Shown: one piece after another, positions 29,152 through 38,554 of the stretch
Position numbering within the stretch: the stretch's first letter is position 1
Layout: every line of letters starts with the position of its first letter
From: an uncultured Thermoplasmatales archaeon
GTDB taxonomy: Archaea > Thermoplasmatota > E2 > UBA202 > DSCA01
DNA: 64,000 nucleotides
Direction of reading: 5' to 3'
Assembly (NCBI GenBank): GCA_964514975.1
Contig: CAZESS010000001.1
Span: 62,197-126,196, forward strand
Notes under the pieces: generated by a model
The model's database searches: none
Seen by the model: only the letters and a program-made list of their open reading frames with translations
Told to the model about the DNA's origin: nothing
Translations under genes and position numbers: made by a program

Positions 29152-29249
29152 TCAATCACCGTAAACTTTTTTTTACAAACGTAAAGTAAATTTGCTATTT
29201 AAAGTTTGCGGGCCGGAAACATTTAAGAGCACTCCGCCGTTGAAACCCA

Positions 29250-30047
29250 ATGGACCTCCTTCGAGAAAAAGCGCTGTCCACCCGGGTGCTCATAATCCTC
29301 GAAATCGCCACCGGCCGCCACTCCCGGCTGGCATCCATCGCCGAACAGATTGGTATCACCAAGCAGGCCGTCTCCGACTACATAAAAAAAATGCGGAGCG
29401 ACGACCTCGTCCAGGTCATCGACGGCGAATACCGGCCCACCATTCAGGGCACACAGTTCATGCACCGGCACCTTCTCGACCTCAAACAGTTCCTGGAGGA
29501 TACCCTCGCAAAGCTCAATATCGTCGAAAGCGACGCGGCGCTCGCCGGCGACGACCTCGTCGCGGGAGACACGCTCGGTCTGTTCATGGAAAACGGCGTC
29601 CTGACCGCCTACAGCAGCCGCCCATCGCCATCACGGGGCACCGCCCGCCATGATGCAGCCCCTGGAGAGGACGTCGCCATCGACGACATGGAGGGCATCA
29701 TGCAGTACGAGCTCGGTACCATCCATCTCTACGAGCTCCCCGGCCCCCAGCAGGGCGGCACCCGGGCCCTGGACATCGAGGCGCTCGCCGCCGCCCTCGA
29801 CGAGGCGCAACCGGACCGCATCGCCATCGCCGACGTCATCGCCCGGGCAGCGCTCAACCGGGCAGCCATCGCATACGACATCGAGTTCGCCCCATGCCAC
29901 GCGGCCATCGCGGCGGCGCAGCGCGCCCTGGACGTCGCCATCCTGGGCTGGAGCACGGCCATCGAGGAAGCGCTGACCGCCATCCAGGATTTCAACAGCT
30001 CATCGGTCGAGCGTATCGGCTACCAGGTATCCTCGTTTTGCCCATAA
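29250..30047 (+). CDS. Winged-HTH transcriptional regulator (archaeal, COG1497-like)
   Basis: IAEQIGITKQAVSDYIKKM HTH; divergent from the DUF4430 gene. Confidence 0.8.
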   Translation: MDLLREKALSTRVLIILEIATGRHSRLASIAEQIGITKQAVSDYIKKMRSDDLVQVIDGEYRPTIQGTQFMHRHLLDLKQFLEDTLAKLNIVESDAALAGDDLVAGDTLGLFMENGVLTAYSSRPSPSRGTARHDAAPGEDVAIDDMEGIMQYELGTIHLYELPGPQQGGTRALDIEALAAALDEAQPDRIAIADVIARAALNRAAIAYDIEFAPCHAAIAAAQRALDVAILGWSTAIEEALTAIQDFNSSSVERIGYQVSSFCP

Positions 30048-30076
30048 AAGTAAAAAGCCGTCTGCGATGTAGACAC

Positions 30077-31612
30077 ATGACATTGGTTGATGTGCTTGAG
30101 GAAAGCGCCCGTCTTCATGGCGACGATACGGCAGTTGTTTTCGACGACGACAGGCTGAGCTACCGGGAGCTGGCAGACCGGGCCGCCCGCATCTCATCGT
30201 CGCTTCATGCCCTGGACGTCGAACGGGGCGACCATGTTGCCGTGTGGATGTCGAACAACCTGGAATATCTGCCCGTCTATCTCGGCATCGCCGCCGCCGG
30301 CGCGGTCATGGTGCCCATGAACACCCGCTACCGGACGCATGAGGCCCGCTACATCCTCTCCAACTCCGACGCCGGCGCCATTTTCATGACTCCCCGGTTT
30401 CTCAAGATGCGGTATGACGACATGCTGCGGGAGATAGCGCCCTCGCTCGGGCACCTGGAACATGCCATCGTGCTCGGCGACGACGCAGACGTCGGCGTGC
30501 CGTCCATGGGCTACGAAACGTTTCTGTCCACCGGCGATGATGCCGCGCCGCCTGCGGTTTCCGATGATGACATCTCGCAGATATTGTATACCTCGGGGAC
30601 AACGGGCAAGCCCAAGGGGGTCATGCTGAGCCATGCAAACGTCTGCGACAACGCCCGGGTCACGGGCGAGGTCATGGAGGTGACATCGGCAGATCGCTAT
30701 TTCGTCCCGTTGCCCCTGTTTCATTCCTTCGGCCTGGTGCTCGGTTGCCTGACCCCGCTGACCTTCGGGGCGAGCATCGTCCTCCAGGACGTCTTCGATG
30801 CAGAAATGGCGCTGCGCATCATGGAAAAACAGCGGTGCACCATGAACTTCGGCGTCCCGGCCATGTTCATGATGGAGCTCGAGGCCTACCGGGAGGGCGA
30901 TTACGCGCTGGAGCTGCGCAGCGGCATGATGGGCGGCGCTCCCTGCCCCGTCGAGGTGGTGAAGGGCGTCCGGGAGGAGATGGGCTGCGACGTCTGCATC
31001 GGCTACGGCATCACCGAGACCTCGCCGCTTATCTCGCTCACCAGGTTCGAGGACGACGACCAAAAACGGGCGGAAACCGTCGGGTTGCCGCTGCCCGGGG
31101 TAGAGGTCAGGGTGGTCGACGACGAGCGCCGGCCATTGCCGCCGGGCGAGGTCGGCGAGATAGCCATCCGGGGAAACGTGATGCAGGGCTACTACGGCAT
31201 GCCCGAGGCCACAGATGAGGCAGTCGATGAGGGCGGCTGGTATTACAGTGGCGACCTCGGCGTTATCGACAGCGATGGCTACCTGTCTGTCACCGGGCGG
31301 AAAAAGGATATGATCGTCGTCGGTGGCTTCAACGTGTATCCCCGGGAGGTCGAGGAGGTGCTCTTCGAGCACCCGGAGGTCAAAAACGCGGCCGTGGTCG
31401 GCGTTCCCGATGACCGTCTCGGCGAGGTCGTCAAGGCATACATCATCCCCGGCGGCGACCTCGGCGAACAGGAAATCAGGCACTTCCTCGGTGAGCGCGT
31501 TGCCAACTTCAAGATACCCCGCTACGTCTCGTTCATGGATGCGCTTCCCATGACCGCCAGCGGCAAGGTCCAGAAGTACAAGCTCCGGGAGCACCATGAC
31601 CCATCCCAGTGA
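30077..31612 (+). CDS. Acyl-CoA synthetase (AMP-forming)
   Basis: YTSGTTGKPKG, GYGITETSP, SGDLG, GRKKDMI, TASGKVQK. Confidence 0.93.
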   Translation: MTLVDVLEESARLHGDDTAVVFDDDRLSYRELADRAARISSSLHALDVERGDHVAVWMSNNLEYLPVYLGIAAAGAVMVPMNTRYRTHEARYILSNSDAGAIFMTPRFLKMRYDDMLREIAPSLGHLEHAIVLGDDADVGVPSMGYETFLSTGDDAAPPAVSDDDISQILYTSGTTGKPKGVMLSHANVCDNARVTGEVMEVTSADRYFVPLPLFHSFGLVLGCLTPLTFGASIVLQDVFDAEMALRIMEKQRCTMNFGVPAMFMMELEAYREGDYALELRSGMMGGAPCPVEVVKGVREEMGCDVCIGYGITETSPLISLTRFEDDDQKRAETVGLPLPGVEVRVVDDERRPLPPGEVGEIAIRGNVMQGYYGMPEATDEAVDEGGWYYSGDLGVIDSDGYLSVTGRKKDMIVVGGFNVYPREVEEVLFEHPEVKNAAVVGVPDDRLGEVVKAYIIPGGDLGEQEIRHFLGERVANFKIPRYVSFMDALPMTASGKVQKYKLREHHDPSQ

Positions 31613-32774
31613 CGACATCCGCGGGACGCTCACACGGCACCTCGAGGGGAAAACCATCGTCCTGGGGGTGACGGGCAGCATCGCCGCCGTCGAGACCATC
31701 CGTCTCGCCCGGCAGCTCATCCGCCACGGTGCCACCATAATACCCGTGATGACCCCTGCCGCCATGGACATCATCCATCCATATGCACTCGAGTTCGCAA
31801 CCGGTGTCCTGCCCATCATGGAGCTGACAGGCGCCGTCGAACACGTCGAACGCTGTGGCGACCGGCCCGACAATGCGGATGCGATACTCGTGGCTCCCTG
31901 CACCGCCAACACGCTCTCCAAGATGGCGCACGGCATCGACGACACCCCGGTGACAACGTTTGCGACCACCGCCTTCGGCTCCGACGTCCCCGTCATCGTG
32001 GTCCCGGCGATGCATGCCTCGATGTACGACAACCCCTTCGTTATGGACAGCCTTGCCCGGCTCAGGCAGCACGACGTCACGGTTATCGGCCCGCGCATGG
32101 AGGAGGGCACGGCCAAAATCGCCGGCGTTGACGACATCGTCGCAGGCGTGCTCCGAACACTCGGGCGAGGTGACCTCGACGGCAGGCGGGTCATCATCGT
32201 GGGCGGCGCCACCGCCGAGCCCATAGACGACGTCAGGGTGCTCACCAACCGCTCATCGGGAAAAATGGCCATGGCCCTCGCCACCGCGGCCTATCGCCGG
32301 GGCGCCGACGTGGAGCTCTGGCACTCCGGCATCGCGGTGCCCGGTTACATCGCAACGCAGCGCTTCACCACACACCGAGACATCATCGAGCTCACACGGA
32401 TAGCCGGCCATGCCGACGTGGTTATCAACTGCGCCGCCATCTCGGATTTCGTTCCCGAGCGACATGAGGGCAAGCTCCCATCCGACCGTCCGCTGCAGCT
32501 CCAGCTCACGCCGGCGGAGCGCATAAACCCGCATCTCCGGGATATCGCCGACGTTGCCGTCATGTTCAAGCTGGAGCCATCTAAAGAGCGGGCGGTCCAG
32601 CGAGGGCGGCAACGATTGCAGGAGGACGACTTCGACGTCGTGGTTGCCAACACCACGGCATCGCTCGGCAGCGACCAGACGGAGGCATGGATAATCGACC
32701 GCTCGGAACAGCACACGCCGGTCGAGGGCAGCAAGCACATGGTCGCCGACCGGCTGCTCACCCATATAGCATGA
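31596..32774 (+). CDS. coaBC: Phosphopantothenoylcysteine decarboxylase/synthetase
   Basis: GVTGSIAA, APCTANTLSK, PAMH, TAEPIDDVRVLTNRSSGKM, AAISDF. Confidence 0.94.
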   Translation: MTHPSDDIRGTLTRHLEGKTIVLGVTGSIAAVETIRLARQLIRHGATIIPVMTPAAMDIIHPYALEFATGVLPIMELTGAVEHVERCGDRPDNADAILVAPCTANTLSKMAHGIDDTPVTTFATTAFGSDVPVIVVPAMHASMYDNPFVMDSLARLRQHDVTVIGPRMEEGTAKIAGVDDIVAGVLRTLGRGDLDGRRVIIVGGATAEPIDDVRVLTNRSSGKMAMALATAAYRRGADVELWHSGIAVPGYIATQRFTTHRDIIELTRIAGHADVVINCAAISDFVPERHEGKLPSDRPLQLQLTPAERINPHLRDIADVAVMFKLEPSKERAVQRGRQRLQEDDFDVVVANTTASLGSDQTEAWIIDRSEQHTPVEGSKHMVADRLLTHIA

Positions 32775-33610
32775 GCGTCACCGTCTTCGCGCCCGGCCAC
32801 GTCACCGGCCTGTTCGAGATATGCAGCGCCGTCGACCCGGCCATGGCTGGCTCCCGCGGCGCCGGCATCTGTCTCTCCCGCGGCGCCACAAGCATTGTTG
32901 CGCCGCATGCATCCAGGACGACGGTGACGGTCAACGGCAAACCGGGCGGCGAGGTCACCCGGGATGCCATCCGCGAGCTCATCAGGCATCATGTCGCGGC
33001 GGAGATAACGCTTGAGCTGCCGCAGTCCCAGGGCTTCGGGATGAGCGCTGCCGGGACGCTGGCGACGACGCTCGCCGTGGCAGACCTGTACGGCCTTTCC
33101 CGGGCGGCGGCGGTGCGGGCGGCCCATGTCGCGGAGGTCCGGCATATGACGGGGCTCGGCGACGTCGTTCCCGCCGCCGTCGGAGGCATCGAGATACGGA
33201 TGACATCGGGAGCCGAGGGAGCCATCCGTCACATCCATGGCGAGGGCGAGATGGTCGTCGCCACGGTTGGCCCGGAGCTCCGGACCGCACGGGTGCTCCA
33301 AGACGCGGAGACGCGAGATGAGATAACCAGTGTCGGCCGTCGCTGTATGGAGAGCCTGCTCGTCCAGCCGTCGCTTGAGCACCTGTTCACGCTGTCACGC
33401 CGCTTCGCCATGGAGACCGGCCTGCTGTCCGACAGGGTGCAGCAGGCGCTGGATGCCGTCGCGCCATATGGCATGGCGTCGATGTGCATGCTTGGCAACG
33501 CCGTGTTTGCGATGGGGGACACCGACGCCCTGGTCAACGTGCTGTCACGTCACGGCGATGTCTGGGTGTGCGACATCGACCGGCGGGGTGCCCGCCTGCT
33601 CGAGAAATAG
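32771..33610 (+). CDS. pok: Pantoate kinase (GHMP family)
   Basis: FAPGHVTGLF, GSRGAG, GFGMSAAG, AHVAEV..TGLGDV, MCMLGNAVF; coupled to coaBC. Confidence 0.88.
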   Translation: MSVTVFAPGHVTGLFEICSAVDPAMAGSRGAGICLSRGATSIVAPHASRTTVTVNGKPGGEVTRDAIRELIRHHVAAEITLELPQSQGFGMSAAGTLATTLAVADLYGLSRAAAVRAAHVAEVRHMTGLGDVVPAAVGGIEIRMTSGAEGAIRHIHGEGEMVVATVGPELRTARVLQDAETRDEITSVGRRCMESLLVQPSLEHLFTLSRRFAMETGLLSDRVQQALDAVAPYGMASMCMLGNAVFAMGDTDALVNVLSRHGDVWVCDIDRRGARLLEK

Positions 33611-33645
33611 GCAACGTTTTTATAGAAACATGTCATCATGGTGAC

Positions 33646-33831
33646 ATGGACATATCCATTCTCGGCGTGCACATTCCGCTCTGGCTGCTGTTCCTCATCA
33701 TCATCCTGGTGCTGTTCATCGGCTGGAAGCTCATCAAGTTCGCGGTAAAACTGCTCATCATCCTTGTGCTCATATTTGGCATCCTGCTCATCGGCGACCT
33801 CGTCTGGCCGGTCCTGTCATCGTGGCTCTAG
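33646..33831 (+). CDS. Small membrane protein (2 TM)
   Basis: 61-aa hydrophobic ORF with GGTGA RBS. Confidence 0.6.
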   Translation: MDISILGVHIPLWLLFLIIILVLFIGWKLIKFAVKLLIILVLIFGILLIGDLVWPVLSSWL

Positions 33832-33867
33832 CGTAAACCTTTATACTGCCAGCTCTTTTTTTCGTCC

Positions 33868-35037
33868 ATGTTGCTCATCAAAGACGCCGGCGAGATATTT
33901 CTCCCGGACGGCTGCGCCAAAGATGTCTCCGTTCTCATCGGCGACGGACGGATACAGGACATCGGCAGCGACCTCGACGCCGGCGACGCAGACGTCATCG
34001 ACGCCACCGGCAAAACGGTGCTGCCAGGATTCGTTGACTGCCACACCCATGCGGTGTTCGCCGGCGCCCGGGAATTCGAGCTCGACATGAAGCTCAAAGG
34101 CGCCTCCTACCAGGAGATAGCAGAGCAGGGCGGCGGCATCGGCTACACCGTCCGGCATACCCGTGATGCCTCAAAAAAGGAGCTCATCGAGCAATCCCGC
34201 CATCGTCTCGACCGGATGCTCCGTCATGGCACCACCACCGCGGAGATAAAAAGCGGCTACGGTCTCGACACCGCCACCGAGCTCAAAATACTCGATGTCG
34301 CCCAACATCTCGGCGACGACCACGCAGTCGATATCGTCCCCACATTTCTCGGGGCACATGCCATCCCCGGAGGCATGGACAAAGAAGACTACATCCAACT
34401 CGTCATCGAGGACATGATACCCCGGGTCGCCGAACAGGGGCTGGCGGTCTTCTGCGACGTCTTCTGCGAAAAGGGCTACTTCACCCCCGACGAAACGAGG
34501 CGTATCCTCACGGCAGGCATCAAGCACGGCCTCACGCCCAAAATACATGCAGACGAGTTCACCGACATCGGCGGTGCAGCGCTGGCGGCCGAGCTCAACG
34601 CAGCCAGTGCAGACCATCTCCTCATGGCCTCCCGGGAGGGCATCGAGGCGATGGCCCATGCAGGCGTGGTTCCGGTGCTGCTGCCCGCGGTGCCGTTTTC
34701 CATGATGCAGGAGCGCTACGCCAATGCCCGGGGGATGCTCACCGAGGGGCTCCCCGTTGCCCTGGCCACCGACCTCAATCCCAACTGCTGGACGGAAAAC
34801 ATGCAGCTCGTCATCCAGCTCGCCTGCTTCCAGATGGGCATGACCCCGCGGGAAGCCATCGAAGGAGCGACGATCAACGCGGCGCGCGCCATCGACTGTG
34901 CGGAACAGATTGGCAGCATCGAAATCGGCAAGCAGGCGGACCTCCTCGTCATCAACGCGCCCTCGCACCGCTATCTTCCATACCATTTCGGCGTCAACCT
35001 CGTAGAGACGGTCATCAAGACCGGAGCCGTTGTATGA
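33868..35037 (+). CDS. hutI: Imidazolonepropionase
   Basis: PGFVDCHTHAVFAG.R..E, EIKSGYGL, PTFLGAHA, DVFCEKG, KIHADE, SADHL, ATDLNP. Confidence 0.94.
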   Translation: MLLIKDAGEIFLPDGCAKDVSVLIGDGRIQDIGSDLDAGDADVIDATGKTVLPGFVDCHTHAVFAGAREFELDMKLKGASYQEIAEQGGGIGYTVRHTRDASKKELIEQSRHRLDRMLRHGTTTAEIKSGYGLDTATELKILDVAQHLGDDHAVDIVPTFLGAHAIPGGMDKEDYIQLVIEDMIPRVAEQGLAVFCDVFCEKGYFTPDETRRILTAGIKHGLTPKIHADEFTDIGGAALAAELNAASADHLLMASREGIEAMAHAGVVPVLLPAVPFSMMQERYANARGMLTEGLPVALATDLNPNCWTENMQLVIQLACFQMGMTPREAIEGATINAARAIDCAEQIGSIEIGKQADLLVINAPSHRYLPYHFGVNLVETVIKTGAVV

Positions 35038-35660
35038 GCGCCGTCGCGCTGCTCTCCGGGGGCATCGATTCACCGGTGGCGCTCTACATCATGGCCCGGC
35101 GGATGGACTGTACCGCCCTGTTCATGGACACCTATCCCTTCATGGAGGAGCCACCGGGCAAAATACATGCCCTCGTCCGGCAGGTCATGCATGTAGCCGA
35201 TGCATCCATCCCGCTCTACACGGCTCCCTTTGGCCGGCTCGTGCAGCAGGAGATACGGCGGCATGCGACACCCCGGTTCCGCTGCCTGCTCTGCAAGCGC
35301 ATGATGTACCAGGTGGCGGCGGCGCTAGCTCAACAACGGGGTGCGGACATCCTGGTCACCGGTGAAAACCTGGGGCAGGTGGCCTCCCAGACCCTGTCCA
35401 ACCTGGCGGTGCTCGACGACGCGGTAGCGATGCCGGTCGTCCGGCCGCTCATCGGTCTCGACAAGCAGGAAATCATCGAGATAGCGGAGCGCATCGGGAC
35501 CTATGAGCATTCCATCGCCGGCGATGCCTCCTGCAGCCTTGTGCCCCGGCAGCCGGCGACCATGTCGAAGCGCGCTGCGCTCAGGGATGAAGAGACGAAG
35601 CTGGACGTCCGGCCGCTCGTTGCAGCCACGATGGAGCAGATGACGCAAGAGAAACTTTAA
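35034..35660 (+). CDS. Stand-alone ThiI-like PP-loop tRNA sulfurtransferase catalytic domain
   Basis: LLSGGIDSPVA, CLLCKRMM, TGENLGQVASQT, RPLIGLDKQEI; no THUMP domain. Confidence 0.85.
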   Translation: MSAVALLSGGIDSPVALYIMARRMDCTALFMDTYPFMEEPPGKIHALVRQVMHVADASIPLYTAPFGRLVQQEIRRHATPRFRCLLCKRMMYQVAAALAQQRGADILVTGENLGQVASQTLSNLAVLDDAVAMPVVRPLIGLDKQEIIEIAERIGTYEHSIAGDASCSLVPRQPATMSKRAALRDEETKLDVRPLVAATMEQMTQEKL

Positions 35661-35686
35661 AAAATACGCCTCCATTACCCCACGTT

Positions 35687-35760
35687 GGGCTCTTGGTCTA
35701 GCTGGTTATGACGTCGCCTTGACATGGCGGAGGTCCTGGGTTCAAATCCCAGAGAGCCCA
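35687..35760 (+). tRNA. tRNA-Val(GAC)
   Basis: GGGCTCT/AGAGCCC acceptor stem, TCGCC-TTGACAT-GGCGG anticodon arm, CTGGG-TTCAAAT-CCCAG T arm; no CCA encoded; TTTAAAAA upstream. Confidence 0.96.
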
Positions 35761-35772
35761 TTCCCACATCAT

Positions 35773-35857
35773 GCAGGGGTAGCCAAGCCAGGTTAACGGC
35801 GCAAGGTTCAGGGCCTTGTCCTGCAGAGGTCCAAGGGTTCGAATCCCTTCCCCTGCA
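35773..35857 (+). tRNA. tRNA-Leu(CAG)
   Basis: GCAGGGG/CCCCTGC acceptor stem, CAAGG-TTCAGGG-CCTTG anticodon arm, long variable arm, AAGGG-TTCGAAT-CCCTT T arm. Confidence 0.96.
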
Positions 35858-35914
35858 TTTTTATCCGGGAAAAATGGCAAGTGTTAAGAAACAACCCGGC
35901 GTTGCAGTACCATT

Positions 35915-36931
35915 ATGGACCTCGACGACCCTGAGGGCATGACATCGCTCGACCCGTCCGGCATGCTCGATGAAACGGCGGCGTTTCCCGACCACATAGC
36001 TGACGCTATAAGGCTGGGCGCAGACCCGGCTGTCAGGGATACGATAAACGCCATCCTTTTCGTGGGCATGGGCGGCTCGGCCATCGGCGGCGAGCTCGTA
36101 CAGCAGTTGTTCGTCGACAGCTGTACCATACCGATAATGGTACATCGGGGATACGAGCTGCCTGCATGGGCTGACGAAAAAACGCTCGTCGTAGCGACCA
36201 GTTACAGTGGCAACACCGCCGAAACCATCTCATGTTTCAGGGAGGCACTGAAGCGCGGCTGCACGACGGTCTCTATATCCTCCAACGGCATGCTCGAGGA
36301 GCTTTCCGGTAGCAGCGACTGCCACATCGCAATCCCGCAGGGTATGCAGCCCCGGGCGGCGCTCGCCTATCTCATGCTGCCGCCGCTGAAAATCATGGAG
36401 CAACATGGCCTCGTTGCGCTCCCCGACATGGAGCAGGTCGCCGGCGAGGTCAGGGAGTATAGCGAGCATCTGAACCCGGATGTTCCGTCCGTGGACAACC
36501 CGGCGAAGCAGCTCGCTACCAGTACCCGGGGAATGCCCGCCATCTATGGCCATGGATACCTTGGAGCCGTGGCGACGCGATGGCGGCAGCAGTTCAACGA
36601 GAACGCGAAGATGGCCGCCGCAGATTACGCGGTGCCGGAGGCAAACCACAACGAGCTCATGTCGTGGGTCGACGGGCAGCGGGATGTCACCTGTATTTTT
36701 CTCCGCCAGCCCGACGAGCCCGATGCTATCGCCAGGCGCATCGACTACATGGCGGAAATATATGGGCGGCATGCCCGGGTGGAGGAGATAACGGCCCATG
36801 GCCAGAGCCATCTCGCCCGCATGCTTTGCATGGTGTATCTCGGCGACTGGGTCAGCGTCTACCTGGCGCTCCGCCGCGACGTCGATCCCACGCCGGTGTC
36901 GCTTATCGAGGCGTTGAAGCAACGATTGTGA
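35915..36931 (+). CDS. Bifunctional phosphoglucose/phosphomannose isomerase
   Basis: GMGGSAIGG, SYSGNTAET, PRAAL, RWRQQFNENAK, PEANHNE, DPTPV. Confidence 0.92.
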   Translation: MDLDDPEGMTSLDPSGMLDETAAFPDHIADAIRLGADPAVRDTINAILFVGMGGSAIGGELVQQLFVDSCTIPIMVHRGYELPAWADEKTLVVATSYSGNTAETISCFREALKRGCTTVSISSNGMLEELSGSSDCHIAIPQGMQPRAALAYLMLPPLKIMEQHGLVALPDMEQVAGEVREYSEHLNPDVPSVDNPAKQLATSTRGMPAIYGHGYLGAVATRWRQQFNENAKMAAADYAVPEANHNELMSWVDGQRDVTCIFLRQPDEPDAIARRIDYMAEIYGRHARVEEITAHGQSHLARMLCMVYLGDWVSVYLALRRDVDPTPVSLIEALKQRL

Positions 36932-36932
36932 T

Positions 36933-37058
36933 GTGATCAGCACTCAAGATCTTCATCACTGAACCCTTTCTTTTAAAAAGAAAGCGTTTCATCGGAAAGA
37001 AACGTCCGGGCTTCCCCTCAAAGAAAGGGTTCTCAGCAAGGGTTCGCTCATCACAGCC
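36933..37058 (-). ncRNA. Box C/D methylation guide sRNA (tRNA-Leu targets) with 72-nt insert
   Basis: Minus strand: C GTGATGA (37054-37048), guide GCGAACCCTTG, D' CTGA (37036-37033), insert, C' GTGATGA (36959-36953), guide AGATCTTGAGTG, D CTGA (36940-36937). TTATAAAA box about 25 nt upstream. Confidence 0.85.
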
Positions 37059-37142
37059 ATACAATGCCCCCGGCATTTTATAATTGTTTCTGCGCCATCG
37101 CTCAAACTATTTATATCGACGCATCCTTAACAGCACTGGCGT

Positions 37143-38510
37143 ATGCAATCCCTCCTTAACCCCCGGATGGTCTACCAGTTGCTCAAGGGATATCTCCGGG
37201 ACAAGGACCGGGTGTGGCGGGCCAGCCGGGAGGAGTTCCGGCGGCTGCAGGACCGGGCGCTGCGCCGTATGGCTCGCTACGCCTACGAGGTCCCGCTCTA
37301 CCGGCAGAAATACCGGGAGGCAGGAGTGCACCCCGACGACATCGCGGGCATCGCGGACATCAAACGGCTGCCCTCTGTCTCCAAGGACGACCTCCGCCGG
37401 CATTTCCCGGACGGCATCGTGCACCCCCGTTTCAGGCGGGACAGGGGGAACCTGGTGAGCACCTCGGGGTCGACCGGCCAGCCGGTGTCGCTGTACACCG
37501 ATACCTCGGCGGTCATCACCGCCCTCCTCGGCTTTTTGCGGGAGATACAGGAATACGGGGTCAACTGGCGGAAAACCCGGATGAGCGTCATCGCCGACGT
37601 CGATGAGCATGCGGTGGAGGAGGCCTACCTGCAGGGCAGCGTCCTGCCCGCCATCCGCCGGCTGTTTCCGCTCGACAACCTCCAGATTTTGCATGTGGGC
37701 GACGAGCCCCGCGACCTCATCCGGCGCATCGACGCATTTGAGCCCGAGTTCCTGGGCGGCTACCCCGGCGTGCTGCGGGCGCTCGCCGTGCTGAAGCGCA
37801 GGGGACATGGCGAGCACGTTGCGCCGCGGGTGATGTCCTCCTCGGGGGCGGTGCTGGACGACTACACCCGGCGGTATATCGAGGACGCGTTTGCGGCGCC
37901 CATCTACGACGTGTATGGTTCGACGGAGGCGGGGCCGGTGGCCTTCGAATGCTCCAGCGGCAGTTATCATATCCATTCCGACCTGGTCTATCTTGAATTT
38001 CTGGACGAGGATGGTAGGGACGTTGCGCCGGGTGAGCCGGGCCGGCTGGTCATCACTCGTCTCTATGGACGTGGCACGCCGATTATCCGCTATACAGGGA
38101 TGGACGACATCCTGGTGCCCCTCGAGGACACATGCCGGTGTGGTATCACCACGCCCGTTATCGGCCGCGTCGGCGGACGCAAGGTCGACGCCATCGTGCT
38201 GCCCGACGGGGAGATCATCCCGCCGTTTTCCATCACGGGTATCCCGGGTGAGGTCATGAAGCAGTATGAGACCGACAAGATAAAACAGTTCCAGATCGTG
38301 CAGGAAAGCTTCGACGAGCTGACCTTCCGCCTGGTCATCGACGAGGAGCTCCGCCATGTCGGTCCCCCGGTGGACACCATATGCGAGGAGATACGCCGCG
38401 CCTGCCGGCAAAAGGTTGGGCCGGACATGGTGGTCAACGTGACCGAGGTCGAGCACATCGGTGGCGACACATCGAAGCCCCCGGTACTGGTTTCCAGAGT
38501 CCACGGCTGA
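37143..38510 (+). CDS. Phenylacetate-CoA ligase family (PaaK/CapK-like) protein
   Basis: STSGSTGQP, GYPG, YGSTE, PIIRY..DD, GRKVD, QFQIVQ. Confidence 0.88.
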   Translation: MQSLLNPRMVYQLLKGYLRDKDRVWRASREEFRRLQDRALRRMARYAYEVPLYRQKYREAGVHPDDIAGIADIKRLPSVSKDDLRRHFPDGIVHPRFRRDRGNLVSTSGSTGQPVSLYTDTSAVITALLGFLREIQEYGVNWRKTRMSVIADVDEHAVEEAYLQGSVLPAIRRLFPLDNLQILHVGDEPRDLIRRIDAFEPEFLGGYPGVLRALAVLKRRGHGEHVAPRVMSSSGAVLDDYTRRYIEDAFAAPIYDVYGSTEAGPVAFECSSGSYHIHSDLVYLEFLDEDGRDVAPGEPGRLVITRLYGRGTPIIRYTGMDDILVPLEDTCRCGITTPVIGRVGGRKVDAIVLPDGEIIPPFSITGIPGEVMKQYETDKIKQFQIVQESFDELTFRLVIDEELRHVGPPVDTICEEIRRACRQKVGPDMVVNVTEVEHIGGDTSKPPVLVSRVHG

Positions 38511-38554
38511 GGCAGGGCTCAGATTTTTTATATAGCGTCATGTATTGCAGGCCT

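Noticed and set aside
35034-35660. QueC completing the queuosine pathway
   Set aside because: The PP-loop is shared, but GENLGQVASQT and RPLIG.DK.EI are ThiI signatures and the QueC C-terminal Zn motif is absent.
36961-37032. Hammerhead ribozyme or simple terminator
   Set aside because: CCGATGA/GAAAC are not arranged as a hammerhead core; the flanking C/D boxes explain the locus better.
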